In this document: positions 1 through 10,032 of the stretch, in pieces
How positions within the stretch are numbered: position 1 is the first letter of the stretch
Layout of the letters: each line of letters begins with the position of its first letter
Source of the DNA: Balneola sp.
Lineage (GTDB): Bacteria > Bacteroidota > Rhodothermia > Balneolales > Balneolaceae
Direction: 5' to 3'
DNA: 32,000 bases
NCBI GenBank assembly: GCA_002720745.1
Contig: PBJO01000022.1
Location: forward strand, 1 to 32,000
Made by a program: the position numbers and the translations under genes
The notes under the pieces: model-generated
Database searches by the model: none
Seen by the model: only the letters and a program-made list of their open reading frames with translations
Told to the model about the DNA's origin: nothing

Positions 1-2799
1 ATCGTTGACTATTTTGGTACAGCTGATAATGATCCTGGTAGTGGTTGGGATGTTGCGGGTGTTTCTGCGGCAACTAAAGATCATACTCTTGTTCGTAAAT
101 CAATGATTAAATCAGGTAATCCACTTCCTTTAGCTTCTTTTGGTGTGGGTAAAATGTCTTCTGAGTGGGAGGTTTATGACAAGGATGACCTAACTTTCAT
201 AGGTACCCATAATTTGGGAAGCTCAACAACTATAAGAGATTTGAATACATATCCTGGTATCACTGAATTTTCAGTTGAGGCTATTCAAAATCATCCATTA
301 AGAGGTGAGACACAAACATATACAGCAGTAATTACGTCTTATCCAAAAAGTTCTGGTCTTTCTAATCCTAGAGACTCAGATAATGATGGAGTTATTGATG
401 CAATATCCCGGATTCACGTATTTGTGACCGATACGCATGCGGTATCTATGGGTCGTGAAGGTATGTCAATTCAATTAGTAGAATCAGATTACACTTTACT
501 TGACTCATATGTTCGTGGTGATATCATTACCTTCGATGCTACACTTGGATTCTATAACGGAACAGCTCAAGTAGCCGTTGATAATGTAATTCTAGTTGGT
601 AATGTAAATGCTGACTTTACAAATTATGCATCTCTTTTGGAGCCATGGGAAGCTCCAATGAGTGAATTCAATGTGTTTACAGGTACAGAGTTATACATGA
701 ATATTGAGGGATACTTAAAATATAATGGCGCTTATGTAAAGTTTCCGTCCTCTACAGTAACTCAAGCAGGTGAATTTAATGGCCGAGTCGATTGGTCAGT
801 GAATCAAGGTGGCTCTCGAATGTATGTGTATGATACATCACTTCGATTTAGAAATGATCATGCAATAGGTGCAGAGGGATACATTCCAAGTTATAATGCA
901 CGAAGAATAGATGGCGAAGATGGATTATTTACAGCACCTGCTTCTGGTGCTAATGTAGATATTAGTGGATTTGTTAATTATGTGGGTGATGATCCTGATG
1001 GGTTAGTTCCAGATGGTAGTGGCGCATTATCTATTAACCCTTTTGAGGATGGAGTAGTTTGGTTAAATGAAACGCGATTCGTTGATGGGCAAGATGTTGG
1101 TGGCACAACATTTAGCTGGCCAAATGACCTTATAGTGAATGGTTTACCTCCGGTATTCTCTAATATTATGTTATCAGATTCTACAGTGACCTCAACTGAT
1201 GAAGTTACTGTTAGTGCTGATATCGTAGGAACAAATGGGGCTACTATTACTGAAGTAACACTTACTTATAGTACCAGCGGTAAAGATTCAACCGTAGCCA
1301 TGACTAACACTGCTGGTAATACTTTTGAAGTTACTCTGCCTGCTTTTCCTAATTTCTCTGCTGTCTCTTTTTATCTAGAAGCTAAAGATTCTAACGGTTT
1401 AACCGGTCGTGCGCCACTCTCTGGTGGATTCAATTTCTTCGTTCAAGATGAGCCAATTACTACCATTGAGTTTTTACAAAAAACAGGAGATGGCCAAGCA
1501 GGTGATAGTCCACTTTATGGTTTGGGTGATTTACCAGTAGATATTAATGCTACTGTTGTTGCCAGTGCAGTTACCGATGGATTTATTGTAATTCAGGATA
1601 AGGCTTCCGCTTGGTCAGGTATTTTTGTTGAGGCAAATAATGAAACTTCTACCCTCATGCGTGGTGATATTATCAATATTACAAATCTATCGACTAACGA
1701 AACATATGGCGTTACGTCTACTGTCCTAAATGAATTCACCAAGACAGGGACAAATGAGGAAATGGATACCTTAGCATTAGTTACTAATACTAAAGATGTT
1801 GTTGATAATTTTGAAGCACATGAAGGCCTGCTTTTAACTTTAGATAATGTTGAGGTATTATCAAATCAGGCAGATTTTCCCAGAGATTTTGGCGAATGGG
1901 AAATTGGGACTATTGAAAGTGGTTTAGAGGTAGGCCAAGGTTTACGTGTGGACGATAATGTAAATTTTGGATCGACTACGTATGGTTCTGATTTAAATGA
2001 TCATGTAAAAATTGGTGCTTTGATTGATAACTTCACGGGTGTTTTACACTACAGTTATGGGAATCCAAAAATGATCATGCGAAGTATTCAGGATGTTACT
2101 GCATCTGACTGGACTATGCCAATGACTAACTTTGTATTAAAGACACCAGATGAAGGAGCTACAGTTGTGGCGGACGCTGATATTATTCCAACTTGGGCTG
2201 CTACATCTGATTTAGATGGCAATACTGTAGGTTATGAATGGGTTTTATACGGCCCAGATTCTACTGAAATTGTTGCTGTAACAGCAAATGAGGAAGGTGC
2301 TGCAACTACGGTAACTCTACCTGCTTCAGTAGTAGACGGTTTACTAGTTACTGCAGGAGTAGCAGATGGAGCTAGTGCAGATTTACTTTGGAATGTTCGG
2401 GTCAATGATGGTGTAGATACTTTGGCTGTATCAAGTAGCTATGATGTAGACTCAAATACATTTACTCCAATATACCGTGCTATAACTTTAACAAACAGCT
2501 CTTCTGTGAGCAATGAAGAGTTAGCAGGGCTTCCAGAGAAGTTTGACCTCAAGCCTAACTATCCTAACCCATTTAACCCAAGTACTCAAATTGCTTTTGA
2601 TTTACCAGAGTCTGCGGATGTTCGACTCAAGGTGTTTGATGTATTAGGTCGTCAGGTGGCAACACTTATTAATCAGCCTATGAAAGCTGGGACGCATACG
2701 ATTAGTTTTGATGCGCAACGTCTAGCGAGTGGGGTATATATATACCGACTAGAAGCTGGTAGTTTCAGTATGACTCGCAATATGATGTTGATTAAATAA
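1..2799 (+). CDS. Large T9SS-secreted surface protein, 5'-truncated at the window edge. LTD-like segment, repeated beta-sandwich/OB-like modules and a C-terminal type-A T9SS sorting domain.
   Basis: Frame 1 is open from nt 1: IVDYFGTADNDPGSGWDVAGVSAATKDHTLVRKS precedes the first Met at 103, so that Met is internal. This stretch resembles the end of a lamin-tail (LTD) domain. The last ~80 aa (NYPNPFNPSTQIAFDLPESADVRLKVFDVLGRQVATL...GVYIYRLEAGSFSMTRNMMLIK) fit the Por_Secre_tail pattern. A DSDNDGVID Ca-binding-like motif is present. Confidence 0.8.
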   Translation: MVDYFGTADNDPGSGWDVAGVSAATKDHTLVRKSMIKSGNPLPLASFGVGKMSSEWEVYDKDDLTFIGTHNLGSSTTIRDLNTYPGITEFSVEAIQNHPLRGETQTYTAVITSYPKSSGLSNPRDSDNDGVIDAISRIHVFVTDTHAVSMGREGMSIQLVESDYTLLDSYVRGDIITFDATLGFYNGTAQVAVDNVILVGNVNADFTNYASLLEPWEAPMSEFNVFTGTELYMNIEGYLKYNGAYVKFPSSTVTQAGEFNGRVDWSVNQGGSRMYVYDTSLRFRNDHAIGAEGYIPSYNARRIDGEDGLFTAPASGANVDISGFVNYVGDDPDGLVPDGSGALSINPFEDGVVWLNETRFVDGQDVGGTTFSWPNDLIVNGLPPVFSNIMLSDSTVTSTDEVTVSADIVGTNGATITEVTLTYSTSGKDSTVAMTNTAGNTFEVTLPAFPNFSAVSFYLEAKDSNGLTGRAPLSGGFNFFVQDEPITTIEFLQKTGDGQAGDSPLYGLGDLPVDINATVVASAVTDGFIVIQDKASAWSGIFVEANNETSTLMRGDIINITNLSTNETYGVTSTVLNEFTKTGTNEEMDTLALVTNTKDVVDNFEAHEGLLLTLDNVEVLSNQADFPRDFGEWEIGTIESGLEVGQGLRVDDNVNFGSTTYGSDLNDHVKIGALIDNFTGVLHYSYGNPKMIMRSIQDVTASDWTMPMTNFVLKTPDEGATVVADADIIPTWAATSDLDGNTVGYEWVLYGPDSTEIVAVTANEEGAATTVTLPASVVDGLLVTAGVADGASADLLWNVRVNDGVDTLAVSSSYDVDSNTFTPIYRAITLTNSSSVSNEELAGLPEKFDLKPNYPNPFNPSTQIAFDLPESADVRLKVFDVLGRQVATLINQPMKAGTHTISFDAQRLASGVYIYRLEAGSFSMTRNMMLIK

Positions 2800-2816
2800 T
2801 TTTATATAAATCATAC

Positions 2817-2860
2817 TTTGAGGTGAGAGTGGAAGCTCTCATCTCAAATTTCTTTCTCTT
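2817..2860 (+). terminator. Rho-independent terminator after the T9SS cargo gene
   Basis: Arm tttgaggtgagag (2817-2829), loop tggaag, arm ctctcatctcaaa (2836-2848). The 13-bp stem has one G:U pair and is followed by the T-rich run tttctttctctt. Confidence 0.6.
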
Positions 2861-2910
2861 AATACTGTTTTCAATCAATAGAGATTCGAGTTTTTGAACG
2901 ATACTCAGTC

Positions 2911-4458
2911 ATGAACCTTTTTTCATTAATATATATACGAAGTTTACCCGCGCTTATTGCTTTGCTTCTATTTGGGATTATAGGGTCTTCCTGCGAGACA
3001 GGTATTACTGGAGATGTGATTGAAAACCAGCCGCCGAGTACCTTCATGACCGTTGCCGGAATAGATCGGGAAAATGAGTTCAGATTATCAAGTCAAATAA
3101 GAATATCATGGTGGGGTAATGATCCCGATGGCTATGTTGCAGGCTTCGAATACGCTATTAATGATACATCAGAAGGGGCATGGTCCTTTACAATTAGAAC
3201 AGATAGCACTTTCATTTTACCTATTACCGAAGGTCAAGAGATAGATGATGTATTATTTAAAGTACGTGCTATAGATAACGATGGCGCAAAAGATCCTGTG
3301 GGAGCCAGGTTACAATATCCAATAATTAATTCTATTCCTTCAGCTAAGTTCAGGTCTAATGAAACACCAGCTGATACTATGTTTGGGATTGCTAGCTTCG
3401 GATGGACCATTGATGATCCTGACGGGCTATTAAATGTCCGGAGTACTCAAATTGCTTTCAATGATACCCTCAATGGGTGGGTAGAGATTCCCTTCAATGC
3501 CACAAATAATGGGGAGCTTTTTATTTCGGCTTCCGTTGATAATAAGACGAAGGGAATTAAAACGGGACAGGTATATCTTGGGCGTTCTTATAGTAGAGCT
3601 GTAGATGAAAAAGGAAATCCAATTTTAGTTGAAGGAATTGAGGTTGGAGCGATGAATACCGCTTATGTTAGGACCATTGATGCTGCAGGGGCAGTTAGTG
3701 AGCGCGATCAGATAGAGTGGTTTGTGAAACAGCAAAAATCGAAGGTGTTATTGTTAAATGATATAGGTAAAAATTCATCTCTTGAAGAGATGAATTGGCA
3801 TATTAGCTATTTAAATGAATTGGGAATTGACCCGGATATCTGGCTAATAAATACCGGTCAACCTGCGTTAGGAACCATTGAACTCTCGGATCAATTTCCT
3901 AAAGTAGTAGATCCAACGCTTAAAAAAACCCTAGCTAAATGGGATCATATTTATTGGGTATCTGACGATGTGGATAGAAATATCGTGCATGCTTTAGACA
4001 TCACCTCCGACTTTTTTGCAAATGATGGCACTATGTTTGTTACTATTCCTATGAAAGAAGTATCTCAGGAAGATGTGATATTTAACTTTTTGCCGGTAGA
4101 TTCTATTGGGTATTTTCCAGCAGGTGGAATTGAAACTGGTTTTGTGATTAACGCTGGAACCGAAATAATTCCAGTAGATGATCCCGAAGCCCCGATCTTA
4201 AAATTCGAATCTCGAGTGGTGGGGTGGTATCCATTAAACGCTATATCTGGTTCTACTTTATTATATGAGTCGGATTATCGCTCTACAACCTTACTAGGTT
4301 TTATTACCGACTACACCATCATGGAAGGGGTAAGCATAAAGAATCCGGAAGGTAATCTTATCTATTTTGGTATGGATTTAATCAAGTTGAATGGAAACAA
4401 CAATATGAAAGACTTTATTAAATACATGTGCGTGCAACAGTTAGGATTTGAACAATAA
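2911..4458 (+). CDS. Putative lipoprotein of unknown function with two W-x-x-DPDG beta-sandwich-like modules
   Basis: Signal peptide ends in a lipobox-like IIGSSC. Modules are repeated: ISWWGNDPDGYVAGFEYAIND and FGWTIDDPDGLLNVRSTQIAFND. Its stop overlaps the start of the next ORF. Confidence 0.65.
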   Translation: MNLFSLIYIRSLPALIALLLFGIIGSSCETGITGDVIENQPPSTFMTVAGIDRENEFRLSSQIRISWWGNDPDGYVAGFEYAINDTSEGAWSFTIRTDSTFILPITEGQEIDDVLFKVRAIDNDGAKDPVGARLQYPIINSIPSAKFRSNETPADTMFGIASFGWTIDDPDGLLNVRSTQIAFNDTLNGWVEIPFNATNNGELFISASVDNKTKGIKTGQVYLGRSYSRAVDEKGNPILVEGIEVGAMNTAYVRTIDAAGAVSERDQIEWFVKQQKSKVLLLNDIGKNSSLEEMNWHISYLNELGIDPDIWLINTGQPALGTIELSDQFPKVVDPTLKKTLAKWDHIYWVSDDVDRNIVHALDITSDFFANDGTMFVTIPMKEVSQEDVIFNFLPVDSIGYFPAGGIETGFVINAGTEIIPVDDPEAPILKFESRVVGWYPLNAISGSTLLYESDYRSTTLLGFITDYTIMEGVSIKNPEGNLIYFGMDLIKLNGNNNMKDFIKYMCVQQLGFEQ

Positions 4459-7450
4459 ACGCCAGCCAATGAATACAAAAATAAATATCCGTTCTTTTCT
4501 ATTCTTAGCAGCTTATTTGATTCTTTTTATAAAATTTAGTAGCGCAGCACTTAAGGCACAAAGTACTGGTGATATTACCGGTGTTATAACCGAAGAGAGA
4601 ACTGGAGAGACATTACCTGGTGTCAATGTTCGTATAGTAGGCACAAATTTTGGGGCAGCAACGGATGTAAATGGCCGATTCGTCATTAAAAGTATTAGAC
4701 CAGGTGAATACACCCTTGAAATCACTTTTATTGGTTTTCAGATTACCCAATTAACAGGTATTGTAGTTATGGCTGGCGAAACCACTAAAGTAAGCCAAAG
4801 CTTGACAGAGCAAGTTTTCGAATCTAACCAAGAAGTAGTCATTATTGGTGAGGCGCCAATTTTTGATGTTGAAAAATCTACGACCTCTTCTATTATATCG
4901 AAAAAAGACATTGAAGCAGCTCCTATTCAGAAGGTAGAAGATGCTGTTTCTCTTCAGTCCGGGGTTGTTAAAGATCCAACAGGGCTCTACATAAAAGGTG
5001 GACGAGCATATGAAACAGGTTATGTGGTGGATGGTGTTTCTGCTCAGGATCCTTTAGCAGGAACGGGCTTTGGTCTGGATTTAGGGTCAAATTCATTTAG
5101 CAATATTGAAGTAATTACGGGCGGTGTTGGAGCGGAGTATGGGGATGTAACCTCAGGTGTGGTTTCGGTACAAACTCAAAATGGGGGTGATCGTTACGAA
5201 GGTAACTTCTCTCATAAACGTGACAATAAAGGCAGTAATGTAATGTCTAATCAGGCTAATTTTTTCTCAGATATATATGAGCTCAGCATTGGTGGCCCAT
5301 CGATATTGACTGAACAATTATTACCCTCAATGGGGATTGATTTACCCGGTTCTCTAACATTCTTTGCTACAGGGCAAATTTCACTCACAGACGGCTATAC
5401 CAAATTATCGGCGTCTCAAATCCAGTCTTCTATCATTAATAGCGATTTTTGGTCTCCTCGACAGGGAAATCGGTGGAATGGTATGTTTAAGATGACCTAT
5501 AATATAAAACCAGGTATTCGACTTCAGGGAGCCTACCAACGCTCGTTAACCATTAACCAAAATACACGAATGCTTCAAATTACCGGAGCAGATACGCAGA
5601 TTCGGCCTGGTTTTCAATTCGCCTTTTCAAACGGTTTTTTAGATAATGCCAGCACATATACACATGATAGTAATCTGTCTTATTTGAAATATACCCAAAC
5701 ATTATCGCAATCAGCATTTTATGAAGTCCAAGTTAGCCGTTTGTTTACACGACTTCGTGCCGATGCGAATGGTCGTGCATGGCGGCCAAATAATATCGAC
5801 AGCGAGTTTGATCCTGAAAGTATAATAACTTCTCCTGCAGAAGAATTTGAGGGAGGAGAAGATTTTACTTATGTACTAGCAGGTCCCGGTTATGTAAACA
5901 ATGGGGGTATTTCTACTTTATGGCACGATCACTTTGCAGAGGAACTTACTGTAAAAAATAGTTTAACTAAGTTTTTTGGAGATCGTACAAATCAGATTGT
6001 AGCTGGATTTGAGTTTAAGTTTAATGATTATCAATGGATTGACATAACACGGCCTTGGATTGGGGCGCCTATTTATATAGATGAAAATACAACATCTGAA
6101 ACATTCCGAGTTGGTGAGACTTTCGATGCATGGCGAGTAAAACCTAAACGAGGGGCTATTTTTGTAACCGACAAAATTAGATACAATGGACTTATAGCTA
6201 ATATTGGAGCAAGATTAGAGTATTGGGCTCCGGGAAGGTATGTGGACAATGCTGTAAATAATGCGCTTGACCCAGCATCTCTTTCTACAATACCTTCCTT
6301 TGTAGCCCAGGATTATTTGAATAGTAGTACTGAAATTTTGGGTCTCCGGTATAAATTTAGGTTTTTGCCTAAGATTAATGTATCGTTCCCGGTTCGTGAA
6401 AATCAGGTATTGTTCTTTAATTATGGACACTCGACACGAATACCTCATCCATCTTATATATATGCTGGTTTAGATCCTTTTTATCAAGATCAATCTGATC
6501 TGCCTGATTTAGGAAATCCTAACTTAGATCCAGAAGTTGATATCTCCTATGAAATTGGATTTAGGAATCAAATCACTTCTAATGATGCATTTAATGCTTC
6601 TGCATTCTGGCGGGATAAATATGACTTTGTAACCACACAGTCGATCCGAGTGCAGGATGTCGATGGGCGAAATGTGACTAAAGCATTCAGAATTAATGGA
6701 GATTATGCTCGCTCCAGAGGTATCGAGTTGTCGTATATAAAGCGCTACAAAGATTTAATACGAGGACAGTTGTCTTTTACCTATTCACGTGCAGAGGGAT
6801 TAAGCTCTACTAATGATGATAATTTAAATGCTATCAATGCGAATCAAAATATAGGTAGTAACATTGAAACGCCTTTGGCATGGGATCGTCCGTTTGATAT
6901 TAAAGGAAACATTACCTTTACCCATGATCGTCCTCAGAGCTTGCTTGGATGGTCTGCTTTAAATGATTTTCAAATCTTTTTATCTGGGGTATGGAGATCT
7001 GGAACTCGCTATACACCTATGGAATTTGTCGGACTGCAACGTAATCCAGTGACAGGGAGAGAAGATTGGAGGCCCATTTATGAACGTGTAACCGATCCTG
7101 CTAAGCGGTACAGTCAAGTAGGTCCTGCATGGTTTTATATGGACTTGAATGTTCAGAAATGGTTTGAGATACAAGGTGTGCGTGTATCAACCTTTGTAGA
7201 ATTGACCAATATATTGGATAACCGAAGCTCAGTGATTGTTAATCCAGTAACGGGAGTAGGCTATAAGAAATACCCTCGAGACCCTGCGACTTTAATAGCA
7301 CTTCGAAGTGATCGAAGTTACGATGTACCCGGAAATGTTAGGGATCCCCGATACTTAGATCCAACGGATAATAATTTGCCAGCGTATGATAACCCAGCCA
7401 ATTATATAGAACAACGTCATTTAATGATAGGGGTATCGATTCGATTCTAA
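4448..7450 (+). CDS. TonB-dependent-receptor-family outer-membrane protein: CarboxypepD_reg-like N-domain, plug and beta-barrel
   Basis: Signal peptide ends ALKAQ. GVITEERTGETLPGVNVRIVGTNFGAATDVNGRFVIKSIRPGEYTLEITFIGF is the carboxypeptidase-regulatory-like fold. A plug-like LYIKGGRAYETGYVVDGVS follows. The ORF is ~1000 aa and ends in the OMP signature IGVSIRF. The start may instead be the Met at 4469. Confidence 0.85.
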   Translation: MNNKRQPMNTKINIRSFLFLAAYLILFIKFSSAALKAQSTGDITGVITEERTGETLPGVNVRIVGTNFGAATDVNGRFVIKSIRPGEYTLEITFIGFQITQLTGIVVMAGETTKVSQSLTEQVFESNQEVVIIGEAPIFDVEKSTTSSIISKKDIEAAPIQKVEDAVSLQSGVVKDPTGLYIKGGRAYETGYVVDGVSAQDPLAGTGFGLDLGSNSFSNIEVITGGVGAEYGDVTSGVVSVQTQNGGDRYEGNFSHKRDNKGSNVMSNQANFFSDIYELSIGGPSILTEQLLPSMGIDLPGSLTFFATGQISLTDGYTKLSASQIQSSIINSDFWSPRQGNRWNGMFKMTYNIKPGIRLQGAYQRSLTINQNTRMLQITGADTQIRPGFQFAFSNGFLDNASTYTHDSNLSYLKYTQTLSQSAFYEVQVSRLFTRLRADANGRAWRPNNIDSEFDPESIITSPAEEFEGGEDFTYVLAGPGYVNNGGISTLWHDHFAEELTVKNSLTKFFGDRTNQIVAGFEFKFNDYQWIDITRPWIGAPIYIDENTTSETFRVGETFDAWRVKPKRGAIFVTDKIRYNGLIANIGARLEYWAPGRYVDNAVNNALDPASLSTIPSFVAQDYLNSSTEILGLRYKFRFLPKINVSFPVRENQVLFFNYGHSTRIPHPSYIYAGLDPFYQDQSDLPDLGNPNLDPEVDISYEIGFRNQITSNDAFNASAFWRDKYDFVTTQSIRVQDVDGRNVTKAFRINGDYARSRGIELSYIKRYKDLIRGQLSFTYSRAEGLSSTNDDNLNAINANQNIGSNIETPLAWDRPFDIKGNITFTHDRPQSLLGWSALNDFQIFLSGVWRSGTRYTPMEFVGLQRNPVTGREDWRPIYERVTDPAKRYSQVGPAWFYMDLNVQKWFEIQGVRVSTFVELTNILDNRSSVIVNPVTGVGYKKYPRDPATLIALRSDRSYDVPGNVRDPRYLDPTDNNLPAYDNPANYIEQRHLMIGVSIRF

Positions 7451-7451
7451 A

Positions 7452-8507
7452 ATGTATTCAGAAGAAAGCTATATCATAAATACGTTTTATACACGAATAT
7501 TACCTGACAGTTTCTTTGCAACTATTGGGTTCATAGGTGTGATAGTATTGCTATTGCTGGCCTCTCCTAATTCGCTAAAAGCTCAAAAAAGTTTTGGGCA
7601 AGATCGAGCAGGTACGGAAGGTTTCCAGTTTACCAAAATTCCTGTTGATCCCCGTTCGGCTGCTATGGCAAATTCCAATATGGCCGACGCGATGGATGGC
7701 TCTAGTTTATATTGGAATCCAGCTCTATCTGCAGAAACGACTGGATCGGAAATTATGGTTAGTCATACAGAGTATGTAGCTGGCATTCAGCAAGATTATT
7801 TTAGTTATATCCAGCGGATAAATAGTTATGCAATCGGTGTTTCCGTTCAGTACTTAGGGTCTGGTGACATAATAGAAACTACCGAGTTCCAACCTTTTGG
7901 CACGGGCAGAATATTTTCAACCCATCACATGGCGGCTGGTCTTTCTATTGCGCAGAAGGTAACGGATTTGTTTAGTTATGGTCTAACATTTAAGTATCTG
8001 CTAGAGAAAGTAGAAGAAATTCAATATCAAACTGGTGCCATAGATTTTGGTTTTGCTTACAGAGTAGGAGATACAGGACTTCGATTCGCTGTGGGAATTA
8101 ATAACTTTGGTTTGGATGCGGCACCCGATGGTAATACTCAAAGAGAATCCTTAGAGGGAGTTTTAGAATTAGAACCAGAAACTAATATATCGTTGCCGAC
8201 TCGCTTCCATATTGGTGCTGCGTATGATTTGGTTGATAATCAGCTTAATAAAGTAACATTTACGGTCCAAATTACTAACCCGTCTGATAATGCTGAGCAA
8301 TTGAATATAGGAGCTGAGTATAGTTTCATGGATCAATTTCATCTACGAACGGGCTATGAATACGGGCAACTAGAACGTATAATACCTAGTCTAGGCGGTG
8401 GTATTTCTACTCCATTCGCAGGCCATATATTGAGAGCCGATTATGCGTATACACGTTTTGAACGTTTGGGGCAAATTCATCGGATAGGAGTGAGTATAAG
8501 TTTATGA
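7452..8507 (+). CDS. PorV/PorQ-family outer-membrane beta-barrel (PorV paralog)
   Basis: After the signal peptide (...SLKAQ) comes GTEGFQFTKIPVDPRSAAMANSNMADAMDGSSLYWNPALSA. This matches the characteristic PorV/LptO N-terminal motif (xFLxIxxxARxxxMG...DxSxxYWNPA). The start lies 1 nt after the receptor stop, and an ATGA overlap joins it to the next gene. Confidence 0.75.
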   Translation: MYSEESYIINTFYTRILPDSFFATIGFIGVIVLLLLASPNSLKAQKSFGQDRAGTEGFQFTKIPVDPRSAAMANSNMADAMDGSSLYWNPALSAETTGSEIMVSHTEYVAGIQQDYFSYIQRINSYAIGVSVQYLGSGDIIETTEFQPFGTGRIFSTHHMAAGLSIAQKVTDLFSYGLTFKYLLEKVEEIQYQTGAIDFGFAYRVGDTGLRFAVGINNFGLDAAPDGNTQRESLEGVLELEPETNISLPTRFHIGAAYDLVDNQLNKVTFTVQITNPSDNAEQLNIGAEYSFMDQFHLRTGYEYGQLERIIPSLGGGISTPFAGHILRADYAYTRFERLGQIHRIGVSISL

Positions 8508-9814
8508 GAATAAACCAAATTAAACCTTTGATGAGAGCTTCAGCAACTTCGTTATTGGTCTTTTTTATGATTATTCAGGGAGGATGCAGCGATTTATTCA
8601 ATACTAAGGACAATGCTGATACGGATGAAATTTTTGATGAGGGTAAAATTGATCCTCAACTAGAAAATATTGATGGTTATGCCCCGGTATTACCTTTTTG
8701 GGGTGGTTTTGATGCTCCTAATGATGTGCATGTTGGCTTTGATGAATTTGTATATGTAACTGATGCTAATGGGGTTCATTTATTAGATAGAGCGGATTTA
8801 TCTCCTAGAGTGACCATAGAATTGGAAGGAGCGGAAGCAGTAACACAAGATCGACTATTGAATGTATATGTGGCAGCTAGGATCGACACCATAATTGAGA
8901 GTATTGATCCAACAATTATATGGAATCTGCCTGCTGTGTTTAAAATAAAAAATATGAATGGAGCAGGGCCTATAAGTTTTGTAGACACTCTTATTTTCCC
9001 TTTTGATGACGCGAGTTTAAGCACTTCTGCCGCTCAAAATTCACGCTTAAACCGAAGCAGTAGAGCCAATTATGAAAAAGTGAATATCACAGGTCTCAGC
9101 GTACTTGCCGACAATACCTTATATGTCACGCGAACTGGACCATTTAATGAGACTACTCAGGTAGCAGCCCCAGATAATACGGTGTTAGAATTTCACCGGG
9201 TAATTGTAGATGGTATAAAGACTGATAAGATGCGTAATGTGCGTCAAATAAGAAGTCTCAGTCCAAATGTACCATCATTGCGTAGTGCTATTGGACTAAG
9301 TAGTATAGCTACTTTTGTAGCACCACCTCAACGTGATACTTACACCGATAGTCGGAGTTTTTTAATTACGCAATCACAAGCCAATGTAGAAATTCCTTTT
9401 CGTGTATTATGGATTGATGTGGTCGAGACAGTCGATGGCTTGATTTACCAACAGAATTCACAATTATTAGCTCAGGATACTTCACAAGCAAGTGGGTTTT
9501 TATACGAAACCAATAAATTTCTAAATCCTCAAGATGTAGCATTTGGTGGGGATGATGACGCATTTATCTTTGTAGTAGATAGTGAAGTGCATCGGTTATA
9601 CCAGTTTCAGTCTAATGGTCAAGAAGGCGTTCCTCCACCAGCAGGAGCGGATGATCAAACCCGTCAAATCACAGTCTCTTTTGGTGAGTTAGGTGCTGGC
9701 CCGAAAGAATTTAACATGCCTAGCGGAGTGGCATACTTTCGTCGTGTGGTCTACGTAGCAGACAAAGGTAATAATCGTATTTCTCGGTATAAGTTAACTT
9801 CTGATTTCGAATAA
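8504..9814 (+). CDS. Putative lipoprotein with NHL-repeat/beta-propeller-like segments
   Basis: Signal peptide with QGGC lipobox. NHL-like motifs: GVAYFRRVVYVADKGNNRISRYKL and EFVYVTDANGVHLLD. Confidence 0.65.
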   Translation: MRINQIKPLMRASATSLLVFFMIIQGGCSDLFNTKDNADTDEIFDEGKIDPQLENIDGYAPVLPFWGGFDAPNDVHVGFDEFVYVTDANGVHLLDRADLSPRVTIELEGAEAVTQDRLLNVYVAARIDTIIESIDPTIIWNLPAVFKIKNMNGAGPISFVDTLIFPFDDASLSTSAAQNSRLNRSSRANYEKVNITGLSVLADNTLYVTRTGPFNETTQVAAPDNTVLEFHRVIVDGIKTDKMRNVRQIRSLSPNVPSLRSAIGLSSIATFVAPPQRDTYTDSRSFLITQSQANVEIPFRVLWIDVVETVDGLIYQQNSQLLAQDTSQASGFLYETNKFLNPQDVAFGGDDDAFIFVVDSEVHRLYQFQSNGQEGVPPPAGADDQTRQITVSFGELGAGPKEFNMPSGVAYFRRVVYVADKGNNRISRYKLTSDFE

Positions 9815-10032
9815 GAGAATATGAGATAGGCCTAAGCTTAGGCATACGAAGCATGCGTTTTAGGCTGGAATGAGTGTGTTGATGTCGCTCTTTTTGGTGA
9901 CTTAGGCTGCCATTACTAATACCGACCGTTTAGATTCACCTTCTGGCTTCTAGCGAGGTATAGCACCCATCCCCAATCATGGCAGCCTTGAAATTTTTGA
10001 GGGAATTTTGTTTGATAAAGGTAAGTTAAATA

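Noticed and set aside
9827-9909. Recurring TTAGGC units: the 14-bp palindrome GCCTAAGCTTAGGC at 9830-9843, then TTAGGCTG at 9860 and again at 9902.
   Set aside because: The roughly 21-bp phasing is suggestive. My back-of-envelope expectation for such short repeats in 32 kb is above one, however. The palindrome has no loop and no T-run, so it is not a convincing terminator. I noted it but do not claim it.
9904-9988. A 10-bp inverted repeat, AGGCTGCCAT ... ATGGCAGCCT, enclosing 65 nt. I considered a tRNA-like or SRP-like small RNA.
   Set aside because: There is no T-loop (GTTCRANYC), no anticodon-arm geometry and no SRP GGAA/AGCA motif on either strand. By my rough estimate a 10-bp repeat within 100 nt is expected a few times by chance in 32 kb.
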